A stretch of 64,000 bases of DNA from an uncultured Gemmatimonadaceae bacterium (lineage in GTDB: Bacteria > Gemmatimonadota > Gemmatimonadetes > Gemmatimonadales > Gemmatimonadaceae). The DNA is taken from contig CAVVTZ010000008.1 in the NCBI GenBank assembly GCA_963751275.1, forward strand, positions 55,621 through 119,620, in the 5' to 3' direction. The notes under the pieces are model-generated. The model was not told the DNA's origin, did no database searches, and saw only the letters and a list, made by a program, of their open reading frames with translations. Positions 1-10,421 of this stretch are shown here, piece after piece (the stretch's first letter is position 1; each line of letters opens with the position of its first letter). The translations under genes were made by a program, and so were the position numbers.

Positions 1-1
1 C

Positions 2-583
2 GTCATTGGCTCGGCGGGGGGTGGGTCGTCGGCGCTGCAATTGGGACACGAGGTGCTGGCATCGGCGGGCGGTTCACTGCGGCGGATGGCGTCGCAGCCG
101 GTGGCGGCGATCACCGCGATGCACGGGATGGGGCCCGCGCGCGCGGTGGCGGTGCACGCGGCGCTCGAACTGGGGCGCCGGCTGGCGGCGGAGGTGCGCG
201 ACGAGGGCGCGCCAATGCGGAGCCCGCGCGACGTGGCGGCCGCATTCGCGCCGCGACTCGAGGACCTGCCGGTCGAGGAGTTCCATGTCGCCATCCTCGA
301 CGCGCAGCACCGCCTCGAGCGCGATGTCACCGTCACGCGCGGCCTGCTCAACTCGTCGCTCGTGCATCCGCGCGAGGTCTTCCGGGAAGCGATCGCCGAG
401 CGCGCGGCGGCGATCATCCTGGTGCACAATCACCCGAGCGGCGACCCCACGCCGAGTGCGGATGACCGGCTCGTGACCGAGCAGCTCGTCGCGGCCGGCC
501 GGTTGTTGGACATCCCCGTGCACGATCACGTGATCGTGGGGCGGGGGCGGTACACCAGTTTCGCGGAGGCAGGCCTGCTGTGA
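2..583 (+). CDS. radC: RadC/JAB-domain protein (5'-truncated by window edge)
   Basis: Frame open from base 2; VHPREVF and HNHPSGDPTPS..D JAB motifs, DHVIVG. Confidence 0.93.
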   Translation, partial: VIGSAGGGSSALQLGHEVLASAGGSLRRMASQPVAAITAMHGMGPARAVAVHAALELGRRLAAEVRDEGAPMRSPRDVAAAFAPRLEDLPVEEFHVAILDAQHRLERDVTVTRGLLNSSLVHPREVFREAIAERAAAIILVHNHPSGDPTPSADDRLVTEQLVAAGRLLDIPVHDHVIVGRGRYTSFAEAGLL

Positions 584-2762
584 CGGTTCCGGTCCTCAAG
601 AGCGTGATCCCCGGGTGGGACCTCGACACCGAGCTGCTCGCGCGGCTCGATGCCGATCTGCTCGCGCGCGCCTATCGGTTCAGCGAAACGGCGCACCACG
701 GGCAGAAGCGCTCCTCGGGCGAGCCGTACGTCGTGCACTGCGTGCAGGTCGCGAAGATCCTCGCCGAGCTGCATCTCGACACCGTGACGGTCGCCTGCGG
801 CCTCATCCACGACGTGGTGGAGGACACCGCCGTGACGGTGGCCGACGTCGAGCGCGAGTTCGGCGCGGAGATGGCGCAGATCGTGGACGGCGTCACCAAG
901 ATCGGCTCGCTCGCCTTCCAGAGCCGCGAGGAGCGCCAGGTCGAGAATTACCGCAAGCTGCTGCTCTCGATCGCGAAGGATGTCCGCGTCATCCTCATCA
1001 AGCTCGCGGACCGCCTGCACAACATGCGCACGCTCGACTATCTGCCGGAGGAGAAGCGGCGCCGCATCGCGCAGGAGACGATGGACCTCTACGCGCCGCA
1101 TGGCGCACCGCTTCGGCATGGCGCAGGTGCGGTGGGAGCTCGAGGACCTCTCCTTCAAGTACCTCGAGCCCGCCGACTACAAGTCGCTCGCGAAGCTCGT
1201 CACGTCCAAGCGCGGGCATCGCGAAGGGCTCATCGCGCAGATGGAGGGTCCGCTCGAGCGCGACCTCAAGGCCGCCGGCATCAAGGACGTCGAGGTCGTC
1301 GGCCGGCCGAAGCATCTCTGGTCGATCTGGAAGAAGATGAAGCAGCGCGACAAGCCGTACGAGGAGATCTACGACCTCATGGCGGTGCGCGTGCTCGTCA
1401 GACACGGTGCCCGAGTGCTACCACGCGCTCGGCGTCATCCACGACGCGTATACGCCGCTGCAAGAGCGCATCAAGGACTACATCGCGCAGCCGAAGTCGA
1501 ACGGCTACCAGTCGCTGCACACCACCGTGTTCGGTCCCGGCCGCCAGCTCTACGAAGTGCAGATCCGCACGCGCGAGATGCACCAGACCGCCGAGTACGG
1601 CATCGCGGCGCACTGGCTGTACAAGGAGGCGCGCGATCCCGACCAGGCGGACCAGCAGGTCAACTGGTTGCGCCAGATCCTCGAATTCCAGCTCGACGCG
1701 AAGAATCCCGCCGAGTTCTTCGAGTTCCTCAAGCTCGACCTGTACCAGCGCGAGATCTTCGTGCTCACGCCCACCGGCGACGTGGTGGAGCTGCCCGACG
1801 GCGCGACGCCGATCGACTTCGCGTTCGCGGTGCACTCCGAGGTCGGGCTGCACTGCCAGGGCGCGAAGGTGAACGGCCGCATCGCCCCGCTCTCGCGCGT
1901 GCTCAAGAGCTCGGACACGGTCGAGATCATCACGTCGCCCAACGCGCGCCCCAGCCGCGACTGGCTGGCGCACGTGCACACCGGGCGTGCGCGCCACAAG
2001 ATCCGGCAGTGGATCCGCCAGGAGGAGCAGACCACCTCCGCGCGCCTCGGCCGCGACATCCTCGACCGCGAGGTGCGCCGCCGCAGTCTCGCCAAGCCGG
2101 ACGACGATTCGCTGAAGGCCGCCGCGAAACTGCTCGGCCTCACCGACGCGAACCACCTGATCGCGAGCCTCGGCCAGGGCGACGTGAACAAGGAGCAGGT
2201 GATCAAGGCGATCTATCCGGCGCTCGAGACGCCATCGGAGAAGCCGGCGGGGAAGCCGAGCGCGTTCGAGCGGTTGGTGACGCGCATGCGGGGCGCGCCG
2301 AAGGGCGTGCGCATCCAGGGCGTGGACGGGCTCATGGTGCGGTACTCGCAGTGCTGCCAGCCGGTGCCGGGCGATCCGGTGGTCGGCTACGTGACGCGCG
2401 GCCGCGGCGTGAGCATCCACCGCGCGGATTGCCCGAACGTGCTGTCGCTCTCGAGCGAGCCGGAGCGCCGGCTCGACATCGATTGGCAGGAAGTGCAGGG
2501 CCAGATCTTCCTCGTGCGGCTGGCGCTCGAAGGGGCTGACCGGCGCGGTCTCTATGCAGACGTCGCGGAAGCGGTGACGGGGACGGGCACGAACATCAAG
2601 AGCGTGGATCTGCGCTCCGGCGACGGCGGCGGCGTGAGCGGCACGATGCTCGTGGAGGTCGAGAACCTCGCGCACCTACAGAAGGTGATCCGCGTGGTCA
2701 GAAAGATCAAAGGGATCACGGATGTCGCGCGCCGGGAACGACACGCGAGCGAGGAACAGTAA
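580..2762 (+). CDS. relA: Bifunctional (p)ppGpp synthetase/hydrolase RelA/SpoT; frameshifts near 1099 and 1400
   Basis: HD domain (IHDVVEDT, KLADRLHNMRTL), synthetase (GRPKHLWSI, KSNGYQSLHT), TGS and ACT domains spread over three frames. Confidence 0.93.
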
Positions 2763-2913
2763 CGGCGACACTGGCGCCGCTGACGGCGAGTGTGACACCG
2801 CTGACGGCGCCTGTGATCGTTGACGTGTAGCAAAGCGCCGTCGCCACAGGTCAACGACCACACGCGCCCTCAGCGGCGTCACGCTCGCCGTCAGCGGTTC
2901 CAATTGCGCCGTT
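2761..2913. repeat. Long imperfect hairpin element, copy A (21-nt-unit family)
   Basis: 73-nt arms 2761-2833 and 2841-2913, 7-nt loop, 60/73 Watson-Crick pairs without gaps; unit CCGCTGACGGCGAGTGTGACA. Confidence 0.92.
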
Positions 2914-2919
2914 CAATCA

Positions 2920-2940
2920 GTACCATACGCCAGACGCGCC
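2920..2940. repeat. Truncated solo right-arm core of the hairpin family
   Basis: GTACCATACGC+CAGACGCGCC, matching 6556-6585 and 7271-7299 with the middle deleted. Confidence 0.55.
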
Positions 2941-2971
2941 GTTCTCAGAACCCCATTCGCCAATTCAGCTC

Positions 2972-5017
2972 GTGACGGACTTCAAATTCACGGCCCCCTT
3001 TGAGCCCGCCGGCGATCAGCCTCGCGCCATTACCGAGCTGAACGAGGGGCTCGCGCGCGGCGACCGGTTCCAGACGCTGCTCGGCGTCACCGGGTCCGGG
3101 AAGACGATGACCGTGGCGAACGTCATCCAGCACTACGGCAAGCCCACGCTCGTGCTGAGCCACAACAAGACGCTGGCCGCGCAGTTGTACGGAGAGCTCA
3201 AGAGTTTCTTCCCGAACAACGCCGTCGAGTATTTCATCTCGTACTACGATTACTACCAGCCCGAAGCCTACGTCCCCTCGAGCGACACCTACATCGAGAA
3301 GGATGCGTCGATCAACGAGGACATCGACCGCCTCCGCCTCCGCGCCACCTCCAGCCTCATGGAGCGCGATGATGTGATCATCGTCGCGACGGTCAGCGCC
3401 ATCTACGGACTCGGCGACCCCGTGGAGTACCGCGAGCGCATGGTCAGCGTGAAGGTCGGCGAGACGCGTCCGCGCGACGACCTGCTGCGCGCGCTCGTCG
3501 CGATCCAGTATTCGCGCAACGATGTCGCCTTCGAGCGCGGCACCTTCCGCGTGCGCGGCGACACGGTGGAGATCTTCCCCGCCTACGAGGAGCAGGCGGT
3601 GCGCATCGAGCTCTGGGGCGACACGGTGGAGCGGATCTCCAAGATCCATCCGGTCACCGGCGACGCGATCGCCAAGCTCGACCGCGCGGCGATCTACCCG
3701 GCGAAGCACTTCGTCACCACCCGGCCGACGCTCGAGCGCGCGGTGTCGCTCATCCGCTCGGAACTCAACGAGCGCCTCCCGCTGCTGCGCAGCGCGGGGA
3801 AATTGCTCGAGGCGCAGCGCCTGGAGTCGCGCACGAACTTCGACATCGAGATGATGCTCGAGGTCGGCACCTGCGCGGGGATCGAGAACTACTCGCGCCA
3901 TCTCTCCGGGCGCCAGGCCGGCGAGCGCCCCGCGTGCCTCTTCGACTACTTCCCCGAGGATTTCCTCGTCGTCGTGGACGAGTCGCACGTCTCCCTGCCG
4001 CAGATCTCCGGCATGTTCAACGGCGATCGCGCCCGCAAGCTCACGCTCGTCGAGTACGGCTTCCGCCTGCCGAGCGCGCTCGACAATCGGCCGCTGATGT
4101 TCGACGAGTTCCTCTCGCTCACGCCCAAGGCGCTCTTCGTCAGCGCGACGCCGGGCGACCTCGAGCTGCAGCTCTCGGGGGGCGTCATCGTCGAGCAGAT
4201 CATCCGCCCCACCGGCCTGCTCGATCCGGAGATCGAGGTGCGCCCGGTGCGCGGCCAGGTGGACGACCTGCTCAATGAGATCCGCCTCCGCGAGCGGCGC
4301 GGCGAGCGCGTGCTCGTCACGACGCTCACCAAGCGGATGGCCGAGGACCTTGCCGACTACCTGCAGCAGATGCGCGTGCGGGTGCGCTACATGCACTCGG
4401 ACATCGACGCGATCGAGCGGATGGAGATCATCCGCGGGCTCCGGCTGGGCGACTTCGACGTGCTCGTCGGGATCAACCTCCTGCGCGAGGGACTGGACCT
4501 GCCCGAGGTGTCGCTCGTCGCGATCCTCGACGCGGACCAGGAAGGCTTCCTGCGCAGCGACCGCTCGCTGATCCAGACCGTGGGCCGCGCGGCGCGCAAT
4601 GTGAACGGCCGCGCGATCTTCTACGCCGATCGGGTCACCGGCTCCATGCAGCGCTGTCTCGACGAGACCAAGCGCCGCCGCGCGATCCAGCGCGCCTTCA
4701 ACGAGGAGCACGGCGTCACGCCGACCACCGTCGTGAAGAGCACCGACGAAGTGAATTTCAGCACGCGCCTCGCCGACGCGCGCATGGAAGTGCCCGAGAA
4801 GAAGGTCGCGGAGCCGCGCGCGACCTACGCGTCCGAGATGGACGACGCCGCGCTCCTCGAGATGCTCGAGGCGCAGATGAAGGAGGCCGCCGAGGCGCTC
4901 GACTTCGAAGAGGCCGCCACCCTGCGCGACCAGGTGTTCGAACTCAAGGCGCGCATGAGCGGCGGCGGCGCGAAGAAGGGCGCGGGGCTCGGCCGGCTGC
5001 GGGCGCCGCGCGCGTGA
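2972..5017 (+). CDS. uvrB: Excinuclease ABC subunit B
   Basis: GVTGSGKT Walker [26 protein letters not shown]-terminal UVR domain. Confidence 0.98.
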   Translation: MTDFKFTAPFEPAGDQPRAITELNEGLARGDRFQTLLGVTGSGKTMTVANVIQHYGKPTLVLSHNKTLAAQLYGELKSFFPNNAVEYFISYYDYYQPEAYVPSSDTYIEKDASINEDIDRLRLRATSSLMERDDVIIVATVSAIYGLGDPVEYRERMVSVKVGETRPRDDLLRALVAIQYSRNDVAFERGTFRVRGDTVEIFPAYEEQAVRIELWGDTVERISKIHPVTGDAIAKLDRAAIYPAKHFVTTRPTLERAVSLIRSELNERLPLLRSAGKLLEAQRLESRTNFDIEMMLEVGTCAGIENYSRHLSGRQAGERPACLFDYFPEDFLVVVDESHVSLPQISGMFNGDRARKLTLVEYGFRLPSALDNRPLMFDEFLSLTPKALFVSATPGDLELQLSGGVIVEQIIRPTGLLDPEIEVRPVRGQVDDLLNEIRLRERRGERVLVTTLTKRMAEDLADYLQQMRVRVRYMHSDIDAIERMEIIRGLRLGDFDVLVGINLLREGLDLPEVSLVAILDADQEGFLRSDRSLIQTVGRAARNVNGRAIFYADRVTGSMQRCLDETKRRRAIQRAFNEEHGVTPTTVVKSTDEVNFSTRLADARMEVPEKKVAEPRATYASEMDDAALLEMLEAQMKEAAEALDFEEAATLRDQVFELKARMSGGGAKKGAGLGRLRAPRA

Positions 5018-5439
5018 CGGCGCAGTCTCCCGTGGCGCTCACGCGCGCCGAACTCACCGCGTGGGGCGAGCGGTTCGGCCGCACCGCCGCCGCGCCGCTC
5101 GTCGTCGCGATCCGCGGCGAGCTCGGCGCCGGCAAGACGACGCTCGTGCAGGCGATCTGCCGGGGAGCCGGCGTGACGCAGGAGGTCACCAGCCCGACCT
5201 TCGCGCTCGTGCACCAGTACGCGGCGCCCAAGTGGCCCGTCTATCATCTCGATCTCTATCGGCTCGACCGTCCCGAGGAATTGACCAACATCGGCTGGGA
5301 TGAGATCGTCACCGCGCCGGCGCTCGTGCTGGTCGAGTGGCCCGAGCGCGCCGGGCCGCGCCTGCCGTCCGGCGCGATGCCGGTCGCACTCGCATACGAT
5401 CCGTCCGATCCCGACCGGCGGGTCCTGACCGCCGGATGA
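5014..5439 (+). CDS. tsaE: tRNA threonylcarbamoyladenosine biosynthesis ATPase
   Basis: [28 protein letters not shown]. Confidence 0.95.
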   Translation: MTAQSPVALTRAELTAWGERFGRTAAAPLVVAIRGELGAGKTTLVQAICRGAGVTQEVTSPTFALVHQYAAPKWPVYHLDLYRLDRPEELTNIGWDEIVTAPALVLVEWPERAGPRLPSGAMPVALAYDPSDPDRRVLTAG

Positions 5440-6098
5440 CCAAGACCCTCACGCTCGCGCTCGACGCGGCCACCTACACGGGCACGGTGGCCGTCCTGAG
5501 CGACGGCGCCATAGTCGCGGAGCGCGCCGTCGCGATGCGAGGAGAGCACGAGGAGCGGCTCCTCCCGGCGGTGGCCTCCGCGCTCACCGAGGCCGGCGCT
5601 CAGCCGGCGGACATCACGCGCGTCGTGTGCGGCGGCGGACCCGGCAGCTTCACGAGCCTGCGGATCGCCGCGTCGATCGCGAAGGGGCTCGCCAGCGCGC
5701 GCGGCGTGCCGATGTTCGAGGTGCCGTCGCTGGCGCTGATCATCGCCGGCAATCCGCTGTCCGCCGGCCGCTATCTCGCGGCGCTCGACGCGATGCGCGG
5801 CGAGGTCTACGTCGCCGGCTACGCGCGCGACTCGGACGGGATCACGGAGATCGCGCCGCCGGCGCTCGTCGCGCGCGACGCGGCCGCGGCGGTGGCCGAG
5901 TCGCTCGGCGCGCGGCTCGCCGGTCCCGCGGAATCGCTCGCCGTCGCGCCGCACGCCCGCGGCGTCGCGCTGCTGGGGAGCTGGCTGGCCGCCGCGCCGC
6001 CGGTGGACCTGGCCACGTGGGAGCCGCGGTATGGCCGCGTCGCGGAGGCGCAGGCGAAGTGGGAGCGCGAGCACGGGCGCCCGCTCACCGGGGCCTAG
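5436..6098 (+). CDS. tsaB: tRNA threonylcarbamoyladenosine biosynthesis protein
   Basis: LALDAAT, GPGSFTSLR, LDAMRGEVY; ATG overlaps tsaE stop. Confidence 0.93.
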   Translation: MTKTLTLALDAATYTGTVAVLSDGAIVAERAVAMRGEHEERLLPAVASALTEAGAQPADITRVVCGGGPGSFTSLRIAASIAKGLASARGVPMFEVPSLALIIAGNPLSAGRYLAALDAMRGEVYVAGYARDSDGITEIAPPALVARDAAAAVAESLGARLAGPAESLAVAPHARGVALLGSWLAAAPPVDLATWEPRYGRVAEAQAKWEREHGRPLTGA

Positions 6099-6099
6099 C

Positions 6100-6552
6100 G
6101 TGGAGGCGGCCGTCACGATCCGTCCGGCGGCGCCGGCCGACCTGGACGCCATTGTCGAGATCGAGCGCGGATCGTTCGGCGATCCGTGGAACCGCGCGCT
6201 CTTCTTCGATGCGCTCTTCGCCAAGCACACCCGGTTCGACGTCGCGGTCGATGCCGCGGGCACGGTCGTCGGCTACCTCGTGGCGCAGATCGTCGCCGAT
6301 GAGGGGGAGGTGCTCAACCTGGCGGTGGCGCCGGGCCGCCGGCGCGGCGGGACGGGGGCGCGGCTGCTGAGCGGGCTCATGGCCGACGCGCGCGCGCGGG
6401 GCGTGTTAGCGGTCCATCTCGACGTGCGCGAATCCAACGCCGCCGCGCGCGCGCTGTATGCGCGCTTCGGATTCGCCGGCGTGGGGCGGCGCCGCGCGTA
6501 CTACCGCGAGCCCGTCGAGGATGCGCTGGTCCTCCGCAGCGATCTGCGGTGA
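6100..6552 (+). CDS. rimI: Ribosomal protein alanine N-acetyltransferase (GNAT)
   Basis: LNLAVAP..RR.G.G, LDVRESN..A..LY...GF, RRRAYY..P.EDAL; follows tsaB. Confidence 0.9.
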   Translation: MEAAVTIRPAAPADLDAIVEIERGSFGDPWNRALFFDALFAKHTRFDVAVDAAGTVVGYLVAQIVADEGEVLNLAVAPGRRRGGTGARLLSGLMADARARGVLAVHLDVRESNAAARALYARFGFAGVGRRRAYYREPVEDALVLRSDLR

Positions 6553-6555
6553 GTA

Positions 6556-6585
6556 GTACCATCCGCTGCCGTCCAGACGCGCCCC
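6556..6585. repeat. Solo right-arm core of the hairpin family upstream of ssb
   Basis: GTACCATCCGCTGCCGTCCAGACGCGCCCC; 20/30 ungapped match to reverse complement of 7207-7236. Confidence 0.55.
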
Positions 6586-6693
6586 GGCGGTGCGCCGAAG
6601 CAGGCTTCGCCGCGCGTTGGATCGGTGGCACGCGCGCGGCCCGCCCGATATACTTTCTCCGGCGATGTCATTCGCCATCTGCCAGGAGGAACC

Positions 6694-7200
6694 GTGAGCC
6701 GCAGTCTCAATAAGGTCACCCTGATCGGCAATCTCGGCGCCGATCCCGAAGTGCGGTCCGCCACGGGCGGCAACCGCGTCGCGAACTTCTCGCTTGCCAC
6801 CAGCCGCCAGTGGACCGGCGCGAACGGCGAGAAGCAGGAGAAGACGGAGTGGCACCGCTGTGTGGTCTGGAATTCCAAGGTGTCCACACTCGCCGACATC
6901 GTCGAGAAGTACCTCAAGAAGGGCGACAAGGTGTACGTCGAGGGGCGGATCGAGTACCGCCAGTGGCAGGACAAGGACAACCAGACGCGCTACAGCACGG
7001 AGATCAACGTCCGCGAGCTGATCATGCTCTCCGGCCGCCCGGGAGGGTCGGACGACGCCGAGGGCGGGGCCCGGAGCCGGCCGCGCGCGGCGGCGGCAGG
7101 GGCGGGATCCGGGTCCGGCACGTCCGGCGCGCCTGCGGGAGGCGATTTCGAGGATTTCAAGGGCAGCCTCGAAGAGACCGACGACGATCTCCCGTTCTGA
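6694..7200 (+). CDS. ssb: Single-stranded DNA-binding protein
   Basis: LNKVTLIGNLGADPE, EKTEWHR, acidic DDDLPF tail; AGGAGG RBS before GTG. Confidence 0.97.
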   Translation: MSRSLNKVTLIGNLGADPEVRSATGGNRVANFSLATSRQWTGANGEKQEKTEWHRCVVWNSKVSTLADIVEKYLKKGDKVYVEGRIEYRQWQDKDNQTRYSTEINVRELIMLSGRPGGSDDAEGGARSRPRAAAAGAGSGSGTSGAPAGGDFEDFKGSLEETDDDLPF

Positions 7201-7206
7201 ACCGCG

Positions 7207-7299
7207 GGGGCGCCTGTGGTGGTTGACGTATGGCACGGCAGGGGCGCGGTTCGCGCCCCTGCCGTCGTCTGTACCATACGCTATCCCCAGACGCGCCCC
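7207..7299. repeat. Core-only copy of the hairpin family enclosing a terminator-like stem-loop
   Basis: Left core GGGGCGCCTGTGGTGGTTGACGTATGGCAC, inner 14-bp stem 7235-7265, right core GTACCATACGCTATCCCCAGACGCGCCCC. Confidence 0.7.
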
Positions 7300-7305
7300 T
7301 TGGCC

Positions 7306-7330
7306 GTAACCCGTTGCCTTATCACGCGTC
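7306..7330 (+). promoter_or_regulatory. Possible ECF-sigma promoter
   Basis: GTAAC-N16-CGTC upstream of the LysM gene. Confidence 0.35.
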
Positions 7331-7442
7331 TTAGTAGGGAACCCGCGCGCGCCCCGGTGTTTTGCCGGGGGCGCTCGGTTCCGTTTTCTTTCGGGAACCG
7401 CGCACCTGTTGCGCACCGAGTGAGGACCACGAGGACTCCGCC

Positions 7443-8612
7443 ATGATCCAGAATCCGATGCGCTTCTCGCCCTTCGTCCGTCGCGCGTTCGCGCTCGCCG
7501 TCGCCGCTGCGACGCTGGCTGCCTCGCCGCTCGCGGCGCAGGAGCCGACCGCGATCCCCGCGACCCACACCGTGAAGAAGGGCGATACGCTCTGGGACAT
7601 TGCCAAGATGTACCTGAACGATCCCTTCCTCTGGCCGGAGATCTACCGGCTCAACACGAACATCGTGGAGGATCCGCACTGGATCTATCCCGGTGAAGTG
7701 TTGACGCTCCCTGGCGGGACGCCGCCGGTCGCGGAAGGCCCCGGCGGTGCCCAGGTCGTGTCGGAGGATCAGGTGGAGCAGCCCGCGGCGCCGATCGCGG
7801 AAGCGCCGCGCCAGCCGGTGGGTGCGACCGTCTTCGCGGCGGCGAACCGCAAGCGGGCGATCAGCGCTTCGCGCTTCGGCGGCACGGCCAATACCTACCA
7901 GCACACCGCCGTGCGCGCGGCGGAATTCTACTCGGCGCCCTGGCTCGACTCGTCGCAGGGTCCGGCCGGCACCGGCCTCATCGTCCGCACGGCGAACATC
8001 CCGGGCGAAGTCCGGGGCGTCCAGCGCGACAAGTTCAACATCAACGATTACGTGTTCATCACGCTGCCCAAGGGCGTCGTGGCCGCCAAGGGCGACCAGC
8101 TCCTCGTGTTCGACTATGGCGCCGACCTTGGCAACGGTTCGCGTGTCATGCGTCCCACCGGCCAGGTGAAGATCATCAGCATCGAAGGCACCGATGCGGT
8201 GCTCGCGCGGATCACGAACTTCTACGGCGAGATCTGGATCGGGCAGCACGTCATGCCGCTCGAGCATTTCGCGATGAATCCGGATGCCCGCCCGGCGCCG
8301 CTGCTCCTCGGCACGGAAGGGAAGGTCGTCTATATCCCGCCGCAGGTGACGATCGGTTCCCTGCAGGACTACATCATCCTCGACGTCGGCCTGAAGGACG
8401 GCGTGAAGATCGGCGACCAGTTCACGATCTACCGGCCGAGCTTCAAGCAGCAGATGACCGACGGCCCGCCGGTGACGATCCCCGAGGGGACCATCGGCCG
8501 CGTCCAGATCATCAAGGTCACGGAGCTCGGCAGCACGGCGCTGGTCACCGACATTCGCAATCCGGCGATCTTCCCAGGTGCGAACGCGCGGCTGACGGCA
8601 CGCATGCCCTAG
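7443..8612 (+). CDS. Exported LysM peptidoglycan-binding protein
   Basis: Signal peptide (..PLAAQ), HTVKKGDTLWDIAKMYLNDPFLWPEIY..N..I..P..IYPG LysM. Confidence 0.9.
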   Translation: MIQNPMRFSPFVRRAFALAVAAATLAASPLAAQEPTAIPATHTVKKGDTLWDIAKMYLNDPFLWPEIYRLNTNIVEDPHWIYPGEVLTLPGGTPPVAEGPGGAQVVSEDQVEQPAAPIAEAPRQPVGATVFAAANRKRAISASRFGGTANTYQHTAVRAAEFYSAPWLDSSQGPAGTGLIVRTANIPGEVRGVQRDKFNINDYVFITLPKGVVAAKGDQLLVFDYGADLGNGSRVMRPTGQVKIISIEGTDAVLARITNFYGEIWIGQHVMPLEHFAMNPDARPAPLLLGTEGKVVYIPPQVTIGSLQDYIILDVGLKDGVKIGDQFTIYRPSFKQQMTDGPPVTIPEGTIGRVQIIKVTELGSTALVTDIRNPAIFPGANARLTARMP

Positions 8613-8739
8613 TCGGCGAAGGAAATCGCGGACCGCGACCCCGTCGCGGCTCCGCGCGTGTTACATTATGGGCGACGCATGACTGCGATCGCCCATTTTG
8701 TTTGTGTCGCGCGCTTCGGCGCCGCGTGGACGCGTTGAC

Positions 8740-9705
8740 ATGACGCGCCGCATCCTCGTCACCGGCGGCGCGGGCTTCATCGGCTCGCATGCCGCCGCGC
8801 TCTTCGCCGGCGCCGGCGATCACGTAACGGTCCTCGACGATCTTTCGAGCGGGAAGCGCGAGAATATCCCTGCCGGAGCGGAGTTCCTGCCGCTCGATGT
8901 GCGGTCGGCCGACGCGGCGCGCGCGGTGCGCGACGGGCGCTTCGACGTCGTGTGCCATTTCGCCGCGCAGATGGACGTGCGCCGGAGCGTGGCCGACCCC
9001 GTGCACGATGCGCGCATCAACATCGAAGGATCGCTGAATCTCTTGGAGGCGGTGCGCGCCGCCGGCGGGTCGGCGCGCGTGGTGTTCGCGTCCACGGGCG
9101 GCGCGATCTACGGCGATCTCGCCGAGCCGCCCACGGCGGAGCAGGCGGCGAAGGACCCGCAGTCGCCGTACGGCGTGGCGAAGCTCGCGGTGGAGTACTA
9201 CCTCGCGTACTACGGGCGCGTGCACGGCCTGCCGTCGGTCGGGCTCCGCTTCTCGAACGTCTATGGCCCGCGCCAGGATCCGCACGGCGAGGCCGGGGTC
9301 GTGGCGATCTTCTGCGAGCGGCTGCTGCACGGCGAGCCGCTGACGGTGTACGGAGATGGGCGCCAGACGCGCGACTACGTGTTCGTGGGCGACGTGGCCC
9401 GCGCGGTGCAACTGGCCGCGGGCGCGCCGTTGCCGCCCGCCGGCGGCGTGGACGCGCGCGCCTTCAACATTGGAACGGGAGTGGAGACCGACGTGCTGAC
9501 ACTTGCCAGGATCCTCGCCGCCGCGGCCGGCGCGCCGCCGCGCATCGCACACGCCGCCGAACGGCCGGGCGAACAGCGCCGCTCGGCGGTTCGCATCGAC
9601 GCTGCCGCGCGCGCGCTCGGCTGGCGCCCCGGCGTCGCCCTCGAGCACGGCTTGCAGCAGACGTTCGCGTGGTTCGCCGCGCGGCGTCCGGCGGTGGTCT
9701 CGTGA
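8740..9705 (+). CDS. NAD-dependent epimerase/dehydratase (UDP-glucose 4-epimerase-like)
   Basis: VTGGAGFIGSH, STGGAIYG, YGVAK, NVYGPRQDPHGEAGVV. Confidence 0.92.
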   Translation: MTRRILVTGGAGFIGSHAAALFAGAGDHVTVLDDLSSGKRENIPAGAEFLPLDVRSADAARAVRDGRFDVVCHFAAQMDVRRSVADPVHDARINIEGSLNLLEAVRAAGGSARVVFASTGGAIYGDLAEPPTAEQAAKDPQSPYGVAKLAVEYYLAYYGRVHGLPSVGLRFSNVYGPRQDPHGEAGVVAIFCERLLHGEPLTVYGDGRQTRDYVFVGDVARAVQLAAGAPLPPAGGVDARAFNIGTGVETDVLTLARILAAAAGAPPRIAHAAERPGEQRRSAVRIDAAARALGWRPGVALEHGLQQTFAWFAARRPAVVS

Positions 9706-10421
9706 ACGCGCTGCTGCTCATCGCCGCCCAGCTTGGCGCCGCGATGCCCACGGCGCCAATGGACCTGGTCCGCCAGTCCACGCTCGCCACGAAGATCGTG
9801 CTCGTGCTGCTCGGTTCGCTCTCGCTGATCAGCTGGACCATCATGCTGGCGAAGTGGCGCGAATTCCGGCGCATCGCCGCGCGCTCGCGGACGTTCGAGA
9901 AGGAGTTCTCCAAGGTCCACACGCTCGAAGGGGCGGCGGCGCTCGTGCGCCGCGGCGCCGAGGGACCGGAGGCGAGCATCGTCGCGCGCGCGTCCGGCTT
10001 CGTGGCCGAGCTGCGCGGCGGCGGCCAGCGAGGCGGCTCGGCGCTCTCCGCGTCGCAGGTCGAGGCGCTGCGCCTCGTGCTCGACTCCGAGACCACCGAT
10101 CAGCGCGACCAGCTCTCGCACTTCATCCCGTGGCTCGCGACGATCGGCTCGGTGAGCCCGCTCATCGGTTTGCTCGGTACCGTGCTCGGGGTGATCGATG
10201 CGTTCGTCGGCATCGCGGTGAAGGGGAGCGGCAATCTGTCCGCGGTGGCGCCCGGTGTGGCCGAGGCGCTGGTGGCGACGGCGGCGGCGCTCACCGTCGC
10301 GATCCCGGCGGTGTTCGGCTACAACATCTTCGCCTCGCGGCTCGCCCGCTTCGAAGGGCGCCTCGAGAGCTTCGGCACGTCGCTCATCGCGATGATGGTG
10401 AGCGAGGGGCGCATTGAGTGA
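9702..10421 (+). CDS. tolQ: MotA/TolQ/ExbB proton channel protein
   Basis: LATIGSVSPLIGLLGTVLG, VAPGVAEALVATA; tol-pal context. Confidence 0.9.
   Translation: MNALLLIAAQLGAAMPTAPMDLVRQSTLATKIVLVLLGSLSLISWTIMLAKWREFRRIAARSRTFEKEFSKVHTLEGAAALVRRGAEGPEASIVARASGFVAELRGGGQRGGSALSASQVEALRLVLDSETTDQRDQLSHFIPWLATIGSVSPLIGLLGTVLGVIDAFVGIAVKGSGNLSAVAPGVAEALVATAAALTVAIPAVFGYNIFASRLARFEGRLESFGTSLIAMMVSEGRIE

Noticed and set aside
2..583. radC as marker of a mobile element
   Set aside because: Has the N-terminal helical region of chromosomal RadC, overlaps relA, host-like codon use
2676..2903. Small ORFs with TPLTASV-type heptapeptides (also 19059-19253, 41835-42236)
   Set aside because: Translations of the 21-nt DNA repeat; no RBS and inconsistent frames between copies
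2756..2917. Integron attC site (AAC...GTT ends after a stop codon)
   Set aside because: Flanks do not fit RYYYAAC/GTTRRRY, copy C ends GAC/GTC, arms lack extrahelical bases, neighbours are housekeeping genes, no integrase
8620..8700. Two short hairpins after the LysM gene as a riboswitch
   Set aside because: No recognisable aptamer; second stem followed by TTTT fits an ordinary terminator
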